From Mobula hypostoma (taxonomy: Eukaryota): 64,000 nucleotides of DNA. The stretch covers positions 64,544,001 through 64,608,000 of the forward strand of contig NC_086097.1 of assembly GCF_963921235.1 (NCBI RefSeq). Reading direction: 5' to 3'. Positions within the stretch are counted from its first letter, which is position 1. Every line of letters starts with the position of its first letter. Both the position numbers and the translations under genes were made by a program. Below the pieces are notes generated by a model. The model was not told where the DNA came from and ran no database searches. It was given only the letters and a program-made list of their open reading frames with translations. Below, piece after piece: positions 25,013-38,323 of this stretch.

Positions 25013-25270
25013 TCGAAGTCTCTGCTGGATCTCCTAAAGGATGCCTGATGGTAATTGTCATAAATCTTGTCACCTTTTAGAGAAATTTGGGATATAGTTG
25101 ACGTGTTTGCAATGTTTTATTCTTTAGCTTGCTTTGACTACTGAGAACTACTGATTCAATAATGTAAGAAGAGACGATATGAAGTTGATGCAAGTATTAT
25201 ATTTAATTATACTGCATGTTCTTTAGTATTACCCAACCCAAATAGGAGTTGAGAAGAAGTGTTCAGCAAA

Positions 25271-25552
25271 AGGGTGGCACTGTAGCGTAGTGGTTGGCAC
25301 AATGGCTTACAGTACAGGCAACCCAGGTTCAACCCTTGTAAGGAGTTTGTACATAGTCTCCGTGATGCCGTGGGTTTCCTCTGGGTGCTCTGGTTTCTTT
25401 CCACAGTTCAAAGTCGTACCAGCTGGTAGGTTAACTGGTCATTGTAAATTGTCCTATGGTTCGATAGGATTAAATTGGGGGATTGCTGGGTGGGCTCGGT
25501 CAAAGAGTTGGAAGGGCAGGGCCGATTCCACGCTGTAGCTCAATAAATAAAT
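25271..25552 (+). mobile_element. tRNA-derived V-domain SINE
   Basis: A box TAGCGTAGTGG, B box GGTTCAACCC, V domain GTGGGTTTCCTCTGGGTGCTCTGGTTTC, and a (TAAA)n tail. Confidence 0.85.
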
Positions 25553-27784
25553 ATGTAGACTGAATGCTCCAGACATACTCAGTCTCATGAATATTCAGTT
25601 GCTAAGATAACCTTGCAGTTTTGTTTGAGTGGGAGAGTTAGAAATAAGTCCAAATTTACAAACAAAAGGATACATGAATGTAATAAAATTATTTATTTCA
25701 GATTCATTTTAATTTTTGTTCATCTCAGATATATTTTCCAGGAGTAATCTTTGTCATACCAATAAATAATTTGCAGGTGTGATCTAATACAAATTTGCAA
25801 CGATACAGGTTAAGCTGGGGAGTGTTATGTTGATATACTGAGCACTCTTCCACAGAGAAGAATGGTAGGGTGGGATGGCGGGGATGTGGGTGTGGCACGA
25901 TAGGGGCAATTTCTGTAAAATCATATTTCCAGTGTGCCATCTTCTGATCTCAGCTGCACTGCAAGAAGACGACAGAGAATTGAAGTGCCTCTGTGCACTG
26001 ATAGAGACCGATTCATTCAGAAGAATTCATATGTACTTCCTGTGATTTGGCTCAGAAGAGACATACTAATCCATCTGCTTCTTCCTGTGATTTGTAAAGA
26101 AACTAATCATAGAAAGAAAGGGTAGTCCTGGAGACTTAAGAAAGCTCTTATAGTAACAGTAACATAAATTAAAGGCTCAGAGTAAGTAAAATAAAAATTT
26201 CATTAGTGATTGTCTGGTTAAATGTCTTTATACAAAATAATCACTCAATAATGGAAAGGTACACTTTCACATTAAAAAAAAATAGATATTTTCTTTGCTG
26301 TGGAAATGCTCTTTCAATGCAATTTTAAATGTATTCATCCTTATAATTATTTATTACAGCTACACTAATGTAGTAATTAACACAATTCCATGATTTTGTA
26401 TGATTTATAACTCGTGGAATATTCTCACTTACTTGGTGGAATATTCTCATTTGCTTTAGATAATTTAGTTCAGGTAATGAAGAAATTTTGATACCTAGAT
26501 GAATCAGTACCTATAAAACAAAATTAAAATTTTACCAAATAAGATCATCATTAGCCTATGGAACATCCATGATGCCAAATAAAAATGTGCAGAATCTCTT
26601 TCCCAACAGTCTATATGTCAACATGAGGCCAGTTTCATTAATACATGAGCGATCAGTGACCATTTTGGCTGTCCATTTTTTGAAACAAGGCCTTGATTGA
26701 AATTGTTGCTGATATTGACAAAACACAAATAGGTCAGTAATATGTGAAAAAAAGAGAGACAATGTTTTTTTCTAAACACTATTAATGAAGTTTCTTTAAT
26801 GAAAGCAATGAGTTCTGTGAACTGCAAAACATAGTTGGTGTTCTAAGCCTTACTCAATAAAGATATCATCTCCTTTAATATGAACACCAACATAAAGTTC
26901 AAAAGGTTGGTGTTAATGCATATTACTGTAATCTGGGGTTGTTTGTATAAAGATTTTAGTTCATTTCAGGGAAAGTGCCAGAATAAAGGCAAATGATTTA
27001 ATTTTGATTATTTTAAAGGATTACAGTTTACAGCAAGCTCTCTGTAGATATTAGGCAGAACCTATCATGGCTGTCTCACATGGGATTGAACATAATTGAG
27101 TCATGTTCAGAGTTAAGCTATTACAAATGCTGATTTGCAATGCTAATACTGCAGAGACAGCTGTCACTGGGAATTAAATATGATCATTCAAAGCCTGGAA
27201 TAAATGAGGTTGCTATTATCTACTGGCCCTGCTGCAGTCTGCTTGAGAACATGAATAAATGATACAGTCTCAATTACTGCTATATAGTATTGTAACTATG
27301 CCTTAGAAAATAAAATAAAAGAACTGTCCTCCAGCAAAAGGTAACCACATAGAGACAGGAGCACAAGCAGGAGAACTGTTAAACCCCATTGACAACGTGC
27401 AGCATGATAAACAACATAGCAGATCACATCACAGCAGCTGCTCCGTGCCTTGCGCATCCATGTAATCCTAGGCAGTTTGCCAGTTTAACAAAATAGGTTG
27501 TCATAACATTAACAATCACCAAAGAAATAACCTTTCTTTGGGAATGCTGTAAACTAGACTCTGTTTGCACTGAGAAGGGACTAATAAGACATACGAGGAT
27601 AAAGAAATTAAATCCTGCAGATACAATTGAGGGATTTGACTACCATAGTTCCTTTTAATCTTCAACTTCGTTCAAATTGCAAAAAGGTCTTTGTATATTT
27701 AGTGTATTGTAGGATTTTTCCTAGTGGTTTAATTTGGGTCAGCAAAAGGGGAGTTCAAGATAGAGGCATACAGTATATGATAAA

Positions 27785-28025
27785 ATGCACTGAATGCTAA
27801 TAATTTATTCTGCAGATGAGGCATTAAATTGAGGTCACATTCCCTAGTCCTATAGCTTTATAAATGTAGCACAATTTGCTCAGCTTTTGTCCTTCAGATA
27901 ATACCATCAAAAAACATAGAAGCAGGTCTTTCATCTCATTTCTATACATTGGGCATGCTATGTACAGATTGCTTGTCAAGTTTGCCGACAAAAACATCCG
28001 TTACTGAATTTCAAAACTATAAGTT
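27785..28025 (+). mobile_element. Possible ancient Deu-domain SINE remnant
   Basis: GATGAGGCATTAAATTGAGGTC and GCTATGTACAGATTGCTTGTCAAGTTTGCC loosely resemble the Deu domain as recalled. Confidence 0.4.
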
Positions 28026-28439
28026 TAGACTTGAAGCAATTTGAGTTGCCCTGACATTGTGCTGTAGAAATGTCTGTCATAACAAAACAAATAGCACAAT
28101 ATCTAATATTGTAATTAATTATGTGCAAAGATGAATTTTTTGAGAAAGTGTCTTGCATTCATACGAATTAATATTACTTCTCCCTTTTGATGTTGTGACA
28201 CGGTACAATTTACAAATTTGTGCTTGTGATGTGATCCTTAACCAGGAGAGTCCATGTCAGACAAATTGCTTCACCACATCTATCCATTCAGTTTAACCAA
28301 CAAAAGACTCTGATCTTGCTGATCCTGTGAACCCTTATTCAGAATATGCACTTCTACCAGATAAAACCTACATGAAATCATAACATATTTCTGGTACCAC
28401 TGAAGGAAAAAAACTTCGGCTCTAAATTTTTAAGTTCAT

Positions 28440-29080
28440 GGAATATCAGCAATTAAGTCAGGTCATTGACCTGAAACATTAGTCAGATTTTGACTCCACC
28501 GATACTGTTTGTCCTACTAAGTACTTCTGACATTTTTGTCCTTTCTTTCCACCCCACCAACCTTGATAATCTTTAAATAATGACACCTTCTGTGTCAGAC
28601 AAATTTCCTCCTCTCTGACCTTTAGAACATTCCAGAGAAACCATTCCTTCCTAGATTTCCTAATACATTCTTACATCATCACCAATTCACATTTTCTTTC
28701 CCACAGGTGAAAGACTTACCATTTTATTTCCTCCCCTCTGACTGCACTGGCCACATGAAAGTCGTTCCACCTGAACAACTAATGTGTCTTTACTTTTTTC
28801 ATGTTATTTTATTCCACTTATGGCTCTAAATGAGGTCTCATCTGCAAAGGAGTGATCAAATTTGGTTCAGATAATGGCTTTCTGGAACACAGGCTCAGTG
28901 TACACATTTACCTTTCAGTCTGATTCTGCCTCTTCTTCACATTCTGCCTGGTTCTAGCCTTCTGCACAGTTCCAACAACCCTTTGAAACCCTAAGGAATT
29001 GCATCTACTCTTCCTTGACATACCTACATATATTTCAGATCCAATATTGAGTTCAACAGTTTCAATAATAACCAATAATT
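28440..29080 (+). mobile_element. Decayed Penelope element (terminus plus GIY-YIG region)
   Basis: GGTCATTGACCTGAAACATT...CTACTAAGTACTTCTGACATTTT, plus remnants collinear with 48300-48780. Confidence 0.55.
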
Positions 29081-29309
29081 CCAGTATTTTTATTTTAGAT
29101 TTCCTGCATTTCTTCCATATTTCTTTCATAATTTCAGGTAATTATTCTCCATTTACACACCTTTTAAACATCTGTTACCTTAGAATATCACCTTTATTGT
29201 CATTTAATTTCTCTTGACTTTCATAGTCATTCCATCATTTCCTCCAAACTTGCTAATCTTCTTTTATTATAGTAATTCTTGCTTTGAAGTTCCATTGACA
29301 GATAGAACT

Positions 29310-29740
29310 TCGTCAAACTTCTATTGATGTGTAGTGGACAGTATATTGATTGTCTGCATCACAGCCTGGTATGGAAACACCAATGCCTTGAATGGAAAAT
29401 CAACAAAAAGTAGTGGATACAACCCAGTCCATCAAGGGTAAAGCCCTCTTCACCACTGAGCATATCTACATGGAGCGTTGTTACAGGATCCACAACCAAG
29501 GTCACCCACCACTCAGGTCCTGCTCTCCTTTTGCTGCTGCCATTAGGAAGAAAGTACAGGAGCCTCAGGACTCACACCACCAGGTTCAGGAACAATTATT
29601 ACCCTTCATTCATCAGGATCTTGACCGAGAGGGGATAACTGTTTGCAAAACCTATGGACTCACTTCCAAGGACTCTTCATCTCATGTTCTCAATGCTATT
29701 TATTGCTTATTTATTTATTATTATATTTTTATTTTTTCTC
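29310..29740 (+). mobile_element. Rex1/Babar-type LINE 3' end
   Basis: SILI.CITAWYGN and RKYRSLRTHTTRFRNNYYP-like motifs across frames. Confidence 0.8.
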
Positions 29741-29741
29741 A

Positions 29742-30350
29742 GTTTGAACTGGTAAAATCTGAGATATGGGCATAGCCAAGCACACTCGTTCCATAATTAC
29801 TAGGAACTTTTGGACTATTTTAGTGGTGTTTAGCATTGTGGCTTTCTGCCGTTTAATATAAATGTTGGTGTGTAGGCCTAATTGTTTAATGCTATTGTGT
29901 GGTGACTTTGGGTTGATACCAGTTGTAGATATTACTATTAGGACAATATATACCCTGTTCATATTCCATTGTCTTTCAATTTTCTCTTAAAATTCAGCAT
30001 ATTTCTAATGTTTTTCATTTATTTACTTCTGTATGTTATGTGTGTTTGGAATGGCTATATCTCTTAAGTAAGTTGTTCTTGCTTATTTATCCTGTAATAT
30101 TATATACGGACAGAGCTATCTGTAATAATGGATCAGTCATAATATAATTTGTAGGACTCTGACTCTAAAACTAGATCAGGCTTGTATTTATAGTAAGGTA
30201 TGGTGTCTTTCATGAGTTTGTATTTTAAAACAAGGTTTTGGTGAATGATGTTTACCACTTGATTGTGCCTGTGTAAGTAATCAGATTGAGTTAAATTGCT
30301 GCAGGATCCTGCAATGTGTTGGATTGTTTTTGGTTTCTCTTGGCATTTTT
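29742..30350 (-). mobile_element. R4/Dong-clade non-LTR retrotransposon C-terminus (CCHC finger and restriction-like endonuclease)
   Basis: KCQEKPKTIQHIAGSC..LTQSDYLHRHNQVVNIIHQNL (30133-30372) and VLIVISTTG...QKATMLNTTKIVQKFL (29729-29962). Confidence 0.8.
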
Positions 30351-30644
30351 GTCCTTCTCGAAAGGGCGTCATATCTTAAAGGAATTCTTTCCAGGGCTAC
30401 CTAAGAACAGATGAGAGGTTATGGAGGTGAATTGACATAATTGATTCTTTGCTCTGAGTGAACCCAAGCCACGAACAGATTTGGGATGATCACTGAGGTA
30501 GAGACAGTAGAATGTTGCTCTGATGTGCAAAGTATATGAAAAACATAATTAGTGATGAGGTTTCAAACATCCTGAATATTGAAAACTAAGACTGAGAGCA
30601 TGCCTCCAAATAAGAATTGATCTCTCATTGAATATTTTAACTGC

Positions 30645-31410
30645 ATGCACAAAGAACTGATTGTGGACTTCAAGAGGGGTAAGATGAAGGAACACAAACC
30701 AATCCTCATATGGGGATCAGAAGTGGAGTGAGTGAGCAACTTCAACTTCCTGGTGTCAATATCTCTGAGGAACTAACCTGGTCCCAAGATATCAATGCAG
30801 CTATAAAGAAGGCAAGACAGCGGCTATGTTTCATTAGGAGTTTGAGGAAATTTGGTTTATCACTTAAAACACTTGAAAACCTCTACAGATTCATAAAGAG
30901 CATTCTGGTTGGATGCATTACCATTTGGTATGGGTGGAGGGGGTAGCTACTGCACAGGATCGAAGCAAACTGAAGAGCATTGTAAAGTTAGTCAGCTCTG
31001 TTGTGGGTGCTGGCCTCCACAGTATCCAAGACATCTTCAAGAAGCAGTGCCTCAGAAAGGTGATATCCATCATTAAAAGGTTCCATCACCCACGACATGA
31101 TCTCTTCTCACTGTTACCATCAGGAAGGAGGTACAGAAGCCTGAAGGCACACGCTCAGTGATTCAGGAACAGCTTCTTCTCCTCTGGCATCTCAGTTCTA
31201 AATGGGCATTGAACCCATGAGCTATACCTCACCTTTTTAAAAAAATTGCTGTTTTTGCATTACTTATGTTAACTATTTAATATACACATATATACTTACT
31301 GTAATTCAGTTTTTTTCCTATATTCATCATGTATTGCATTGAACTGCCACTGCAAGGTTAACAAATTTCACGACGTATACCGGTGATAATAAACCTGATT
31401 CTGATTCTTA
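30645..31410 (+). mobile_element. Rex1/Babar-type LINE 3' portion
   Basis: ORFs 30710-30946 (IKKARQRLCFIRSLRKFGLS..SILVGCITIWYG) and 30913-31161 (HPRHDLFSLLPSGRRYRSL). Tail (CTGATT)n. Confidence 0.9.
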
Positions 31411-32417
31411 GATCTTCAATGAATCTTCTACAAAGACAATAAGGTTTTATCCAAAAGCTTAAATTTATATTGGCAATGGAGGAAATGTTTGGTGGACAAC
31501 TTGTGAGATTTGTTATTTTTGCCCAGAATACAGGTACTAATTAATCCCACTTCTTAATTTCACTTTCATGCACTCTCACTCTGATAAAGCACAACAATGA
31601 AGGATCTTTAATTGGTGACTCTTAGAGTTGTTTTACTGTTATATCACCGGAGGGGAATATTAAACATTCAATTATGTATTGACTCATTGTATGATGAGTG
31701 TCCTTCCTTTCCAAATAGCAAACCATAATTTTTGTGTGATGGTATTACTAATTAAATTAGATCAAAGCAGTAAAATCCACTCATAGTGGCTTGTGCAACA
31801 ACTTACTATAGATTATGGACTTGGATTCTTGCCGCACAGAATTCAGAATTTTTATCCTAGATGCTGTATATTTTAAGCATGTAATGCAAGTTGCAAATTT
31901 CAGTTCTTACAGCTGAAGTTGTCAAGACTCCCATGTAAAGCAGTTTCACCGATTACTAAACACTACGCTAAGTTGTTCTGCTTTAATTCATTGCAAAGTG
32001 ATATACAGAAGAAAGAGGAGAAAGACCATATTAGTCATTGCTAATGAAAGGAAATTTCATGATTCTTTCATTAACCAACCAGAAGTGGGAAATTTAATTC
32101 AACAAAATCATACCCATCTTATGAAACTACTTATTATGTATTCAAAGTGAAATATTAATTCCAGTCTGTTAATTAGTCCAGGTAAAATACTGTGTTCGGT
32201 TAATTTAAACTGGTTCAGCTCTTCATCTCAAATTCCACCACTATTTTACATGCTGGAAGTCATCACACACCCATACATTTGATGTGTTTATTCAGCTGGA
32301 TAACTGATCAACAGGCCATCAAAAATCTTTGCCCTCAAACTCTCACTCAGGTATACATATTACTCCAGACTCAAACACTTTCCCTAACAGTTCATTTAGG
32401 AACAGTGATGGAAAGTT

Positions 32418-32905
32418 ATCAAAGTCAAAGTAAACTTAGTAAGTACATATATGTTAAAATATATATAAAATACATACATATATAAAGCTAGAATTGTCTA
32501 AACTGAAGAAAGCTGCCAGCAAAAAGACATGAATGTCCACCTTTGAACAAAAGAATAAATAACATATATTAAGAAAAAAAATAAACTGCATAAATGTTAA
32601 CATATACAACCCTGAGCTTCATATTCTTGCAGGTATTCACAGGAAAGTAAAGAAATACAATAGAATTTATGAAAAAAACTATACATAAACAAAAACTGAC
32701 AAATAAGCAATGTGCAGGAGATAACCTGTGCAATTAAAAAAAATACTGAGAACATGAGTTGTAGAGTCCGAGAAAGTGATTCTGTAGGTCAGAGTTTTGG
32801 TGAGTGGAACTATCCACACTGATTCAGGACTGTAGGGTAATAACTGTTCTAATAACTCATCCTGAACCTGGTGGTGTGGGACCGAAGGTTCCTGCATCTC
32901 TGCCA
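32418..32905 (-). mobile_element. Rex1/Babar-type LINE 3' UTR and end
   Basis: CTGAACCTGGTGGTGTGGGACCGAAGGTTCCTG, with an antisense (CAAAGT)n tail. Confidence 0.65.
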
Positions 32906-33204
32906 TGATATAATTCAATAATGCAGGTTTATCAGATTCAGATAGCTGGAGATTGTCTGACTTGGACGTTAGCGATTACAAGACACCTTTGCGTTTACTG
33001 AATTTCTTGCAACAATCTGAAATAAAGTAAGTATACCATGGAGCTTTGCAGCAATTCAAATTTGAATGGTACTACCAGGCTGTCATATGGACTAATTTCT
33101 CAAAACTATACAAACAATACCCAAAGGAGCTGATTGTTTAATGAGTCAGCATAGGCATGGGTACATACTGGTTAGGTTACCAGATTAGAGGCAGATCTGC
33201 ACTG

Positions 33205-33370
33205 TTGATCTGAAGGAACTTAGCAGGTGGAGCAGCATCTGTGGGGGGAAAGTAATTGCTGACATTTCTGATTCAAACCCTGCACCAGGTCTGGAAGTGC
33301 TGCTCGATCCACTGAGTTCCTCAGGCAGACTGGTGCTTCAGATTCCAACATCTGGAGTCTCGTGTGTCTC
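33205..33370. mobile_element. Fold-back Penelope-terminus element
   Basis: GAGCAGCA / TGCTGCTC and GGAACTTAG / CTGAGTTCC form inverted arms around a decayed hammerhead motif. Confidence 0.65.
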
Positions 33371-36300
33371 CACTGAACTGAAGACATGGGCTTGAATCCA
33401 TCAGTGGCAATGGCTTAATTTAAATTCAAGTAATTAGATACACCTAGAATATTTTTGATAAAACCTAAGTGATTATGCCTGGAATAATGTAAAAACCCAT
33501 GAGATTCAAAAATGTTCTTCTCAACTCTCTCCTCAGTTCAGAAGCTAGTAGATGTAGACAATAAATACTTGCTTTGCAAGTTACGTCTGCATACCAAGAA
33601 TCAATATTTAGATAGCACAATGCAATTGATACCTTAGTTTGGCCATTTGTGTGAAGTCATAGTATTTCTTCTTTCTCAAGCAGAGGAGTGGAAAGACGAG
33701 TCTGACTATTTAGTCTCTGCGTTGCAATTGGATTATTTTAATCTGCAACAAGTTAAAGGAATGATTTCATTTTCATATCCTAATACATTGATGGATTATC
33801 ATCACACTCGCAATTGTAATGGTTCAGAAGTGACTACTTAAAAAATGGAATCAATGCATAAGGGGCTAGAATTTATTTTACCCTGAAATAAATATGCCAG
33901 AGTGACCTTGCACTGGAGGGTTATACTTGCTTCTTTCCTACCTTTAATGGGGTATAGATTTTTATCATGCTCCACATTCCAAGGGCAAGATCTGACCCTA
34001 GTGGTTTCCACTAAAATAATTCCACCATTTGGCACTCTTATGTATAGTGGCAAATGATAATTAGCTTAGCACCTGGCCTTACATGCAAAGACAGTAGAGG
34101 TATTCCAAAAACGTGTACCACAAACCAGGCAATGGCTGTGTGCACATTTGCATTTGAAATTCTACCTAACGTTCTTTGTTCCATAGTTGTACAACCCCTG
34201 CAACCTTGTGAAGCCTTCTCCGGTAACCGGAGCAAAACTCTCTAACGGAGATGCAAGCATTGGTTAAAGGTGCCAATAAAGCCTGGTAAAGGAGATTGTA
34301 GATCAGCAACTGATGAGCTTGTACTGAAAGCAACATGTGGAAGGAAGAAATGAGAACAAAAAACTGGAAACTCTATTTGCAGTTAACAGAATTGATGGTA
34401 ATAAAATACCCTCTTTTTGTGGTGTAATGTTAGAAGTTCCATAATGCTACAAGAAATTTTTTTCCCCTTTCTGTAAATTCATACAATTTGAGTAAATAGT
34501 TTCAATTGGCAGTTTATAATTTGGGCTGGTCTCTAAATGCCCCTTGTGTCAAAGGTCATCATTGCACAGCTCCTTCTTTCAGTGAAGCTGCAGCTATGCA
34601 GAGTATAAATAGTGACCTCATTAATCCTATTAGCAACCTGGGACAATACCAATGATGCTTGCCATCTACTGACTAGCATGGACAGCATTATTCCAACAAT
34701 CAAAAAATCAGGCAATTGATGAATGGTAATCAACTGTGTTTATACTGCTAACTCACTAACCCCCCACAATAGTCAATCAATGTGGTGAATTCTGCTAATT
34801 GGGTACCTTCTGCGTCCAGCAGAAGCTGCAATAGGAAACAAAGGGGTCTAAAATTACTGTTTGCTGCAATTACCCTCCATCTAGGAGTATAGCCAGTACA
34901 TGGCAGCCATCATTCAATCACTGCTCAAAGGATTTCAATGGCAACAAAACAAATCCTCTCTCTATGATCAGCCTTCCTGCTAGACACGAATAGTATTTTA
35001 TTTATATGGATCACATATCAATCAACCCTCTAATCGATATTTAATGGTCACCTTATATTTCTTTCATATATCTATATTTAAGTCAGTCATATATCTACAT
35101 TTTTCTCATTCTCTAAGAGTATTTGTAATTCATAGGTTACCTATTTCATTGCATGAAACCCTCTTTCCTGGGCTCTTATCATAGTGGGCTCCCTGCTGTA
35201 GCTTTCAAAAAAGCAAATTAGTGGAAGCACAATCCTTCTGACCTTTTCACCTCGATTACAAAGCATAAGCTGCAATATTGTGTTTTGTTAGACCTTTCCA
35301 TATGTTAGTGCAAAATCATTACATTGGTCTCAGCAATGGAAATGGATGGAAAATCTGAGGAAGAATCTTACAGAAATAGTTTTGGTTCCTTGTTCCTTAT
35401 TACTGGTGACAGTGGAAATTTCAAATGATGCAAATGTAAACATAACCTTCGCAAACACTCAAATCATTTGGAATTCAAAACAACAGGCCATCTGAATGAG
35501 ACATTTATCACTGTCACAAAACACTTAATTTTAAATGCCCTTAAAATTGCAATTTAATGAGGCATGCTAAAAAGAAGCTATCCAAAAATTAAAGCATGAA
35601 AACAGAGACATGTGAAATCTAAAGAAGAAAAATGCAAATGTGGAATTCGTACAATTCGATTCACATCATTGAACTGAAATAAAATAAAATTAAAATTAAT
35701 TCAAAAATGTTCAGGAGAAAACTAATTTGAATGTGAAACACGTAATGATGGGCACATCAATATCTCGACAGTACACATACACACTACTTGGCGCTATGTT
35801 AATAAATAGCTAAGATTATAGTGCAGCATGCATCACAGATTTTTCCTGTACAGGCATTCCTAACCTGATAAAGGGTTCAGTAAAATGAAAATACATTTTT
35901 CTGATAAATAAAATGTTCAATTAAGTTACTACGTAGAATTACATTCAGCCACTAATCAATATTGAACAACTCAGCAAAATTCAGTTTCAGACCTAATCAG
36001 AGGCCTTTTACTTCATTTTGCAGATATTATTCCTGCATAAAATCTGTTATGGTGGTACTTTGTTTATTTCTTTTAATTTAATATATTTAAACCTAACCTT
36101 TGCAGCAAATAGAACAAATTAAGTGGAATCAAATTTTTTTTTTGGAATGACTTAATCTGATATGGATATTGCATTCTTGTTTTTTTAAATTATTTTAGAG
36201 TAGCATAACGTCTCACAAAAAACAAAATTGATATTTGCCTGGAGCTTTTTTAACATGGCAAAGCACTGCAAAAATGCTCACAGGAGTACAATCTGTTTGA

Positions 36301-36464
36301 AAGGATTCAAACAAGAATGTTCAGACGTGCTTTTGAAAGACGGCAATACACTCAAGGATCTCAGAGGAAAAAAGGGTGGAGTTAGAGTTGAACATTTACA
36401 AGGACAGAGCAATCACGAGCTTTTGAGGAGAAGGGGAATGACAGCAAGTGTGAAGGAGAGACTA

Positions 36465-38000
36465 TATGGAACAACGATCAGTATAGCACATGAACAGGCC
36501 CATTGGCTCATGATGCTGTACTGAACTAATTAAACTAATACCATCTAATCCCTTCTGTCTGCACACGATCCATATCCCTCCATTCTCTACATATTCCTGC
36601 ACCTATCCAAGAACCTCTTAAATACCTCTGTCATATCTGGCCCCACCATCACCTCTGGCAGTGCATGCCAGGCATCCACCACCACTCTCTGTGTAACATT
36701 TTGCCCTGCATATCTTGTTTGAACATTCCCCCTTAAATTACTCATGCGTCTCATTATTTTATAAACTTCTATCAAGTCTCCCCTCAGCCTCTGTTGCTCC
36801 AGAGAAAACAATCATAGTTTGTCTGACCTCTCCTCATAGCTCCAGACATCCAATCCAATCGGTATTTTGGTAAATGTCTTCTGCACCCTCTCCAAAACCT
36901 CCACACCCTTTCTATGTATGAAGTTGAATGAAATACTCCAAATGTAGCCTAACCAGAGTTTTATAAACTTGCATTATAATTTCTGACTCTTGAACTCAGT
37001 GCCTCGATTCATAAAAGCAAGCATGCTATATGTCTTCTTCACCACTCTCAACTTGTTAGCCACTTTCATCCACTTTCAAGGAGCTATGGTCTTGGATCCC
37101 TCTGTACATCAGTTAGGGCACTGCCATTAACTGTATACTTTCCCTTTATATTTAATCTTTCAGAGGGCAACACCTCATACTTGCTAAATTAAATTTCATC
37201 CGCTGTTTTTGTGTCCATATCTGTAAATTTCACTGCATCCTTTGGCAACATTTATGACTGTCCACAATGCGACCAACCTTTGCGTCATCAACAAACTTAC
37301 TAACCCAGTCAACCAAGTTTTCATTGAAGGCTTAAACAGCAGAGGTCCCAGTAGGGATGTTTGTTGCTCACTACTAGTCATGAACCTCCAGCCAAAACAT
37401 GAGCCATCGACCATTCCTTCTGGCTTCTATAGACAAACCAATTCTGAAAATAAATGGCAAGTCACTGTGGCTTCTATGCCTTTTAATCCTCTAGATGGGG
37501 CTACCATGAGGGATCTTATCAAATGCATCACTAATATTTGTATAGCCAACAACACCTTTCATTGCCTTGGACACCTCCTCAAAAAACCCAATCAAGTTAG
37601 TAATACATGACCTTCCCAACACAATGCCACACTGACTGTCTTGAATTGGTTCATGGTTTTCCCAATGCTTATAAATTTTATCCCTAAAAATCCTCTCCAA
37701 TAGCTTTCTTACAATTGAAGAACAAACAAGAAAAATCTGCAGATGCTGGAAATCTGAGCAACACACACAAACTGCTGGAGGAATTCTGCAGGCCAGGCAG
37801 CATCGAGGAAACGAGTACAGTCAGATTTGGCCAAAAATGTCGACTGTACTCTTTTCCTAGATGCTGCATGGCCTGCTGAGATCCTCCAGTATTTTGTGTG
37901 TGCTCCTACAATTGATGTGAGATATATATTGGCCTATAATTTCCAGGATTATCACTATTTTTCTTCTTGAAGAAAGGAATATTAGTTACTCACTGGTCCT
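36465..38000 (-). mobile_element. CR1 LINE (RT region), interrupted at 37719-37903
   Basis: ORFs 36587-36811 (FSLEQQRLRGDLIEVYKIMR) and 37491-37766 (GRSCITNLIGFFEEVSK...AFDKIPH). Confidence 0.9.
37719..37903. mobile_element. Fold-back Penelope-terminus mini-element with a 12-bp TSD
   Basis: TSD TCTTACAATTGA (37707-37718) / TCCTACAATTGA (37904-37915). Inverted arms about 37761-37822 and 37842-37902. Confidence 0.85.
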
Positions 38001-38323
38001 CTGAAAACTTTAACAGTATCACCTAATGAAGCTGGGCAAAGAATATAATATTTTAGTATCTTGATGGGAAAAGTCTTCAATGGTCAAAATATTAGGGAGG
38101 AGTTGAGTTAGGGAAGGACGTAAAGAGAAATAGGAGATAAACTAAAGAAAGATGTGAGGTCAAGGCTGGAATTGGAGACTATTTAGACATTTGGCCTGGT
38201 GAGCCTGAAGGAAAGAAGGTACTGGTAGAAGGAATTGATTAAATGGTTACAGCCTTAGTTAAAGAGTCCTTGAGATTCTTGCATATCAAGGAACTGATGT
38301 CAAAGCAATCATCTACAATGAAC

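Noticed and set aside
25271..25345. tRNA gene
   Set aside because: The A/B boxes belong to a SINE head followed by a V domain, and no full cloverleaf is evident.
26414..26452. Direct repeat GTGGAATATTCTCA, two copies
   Set aside because: A simple local 22-bp duplication with no further structure.
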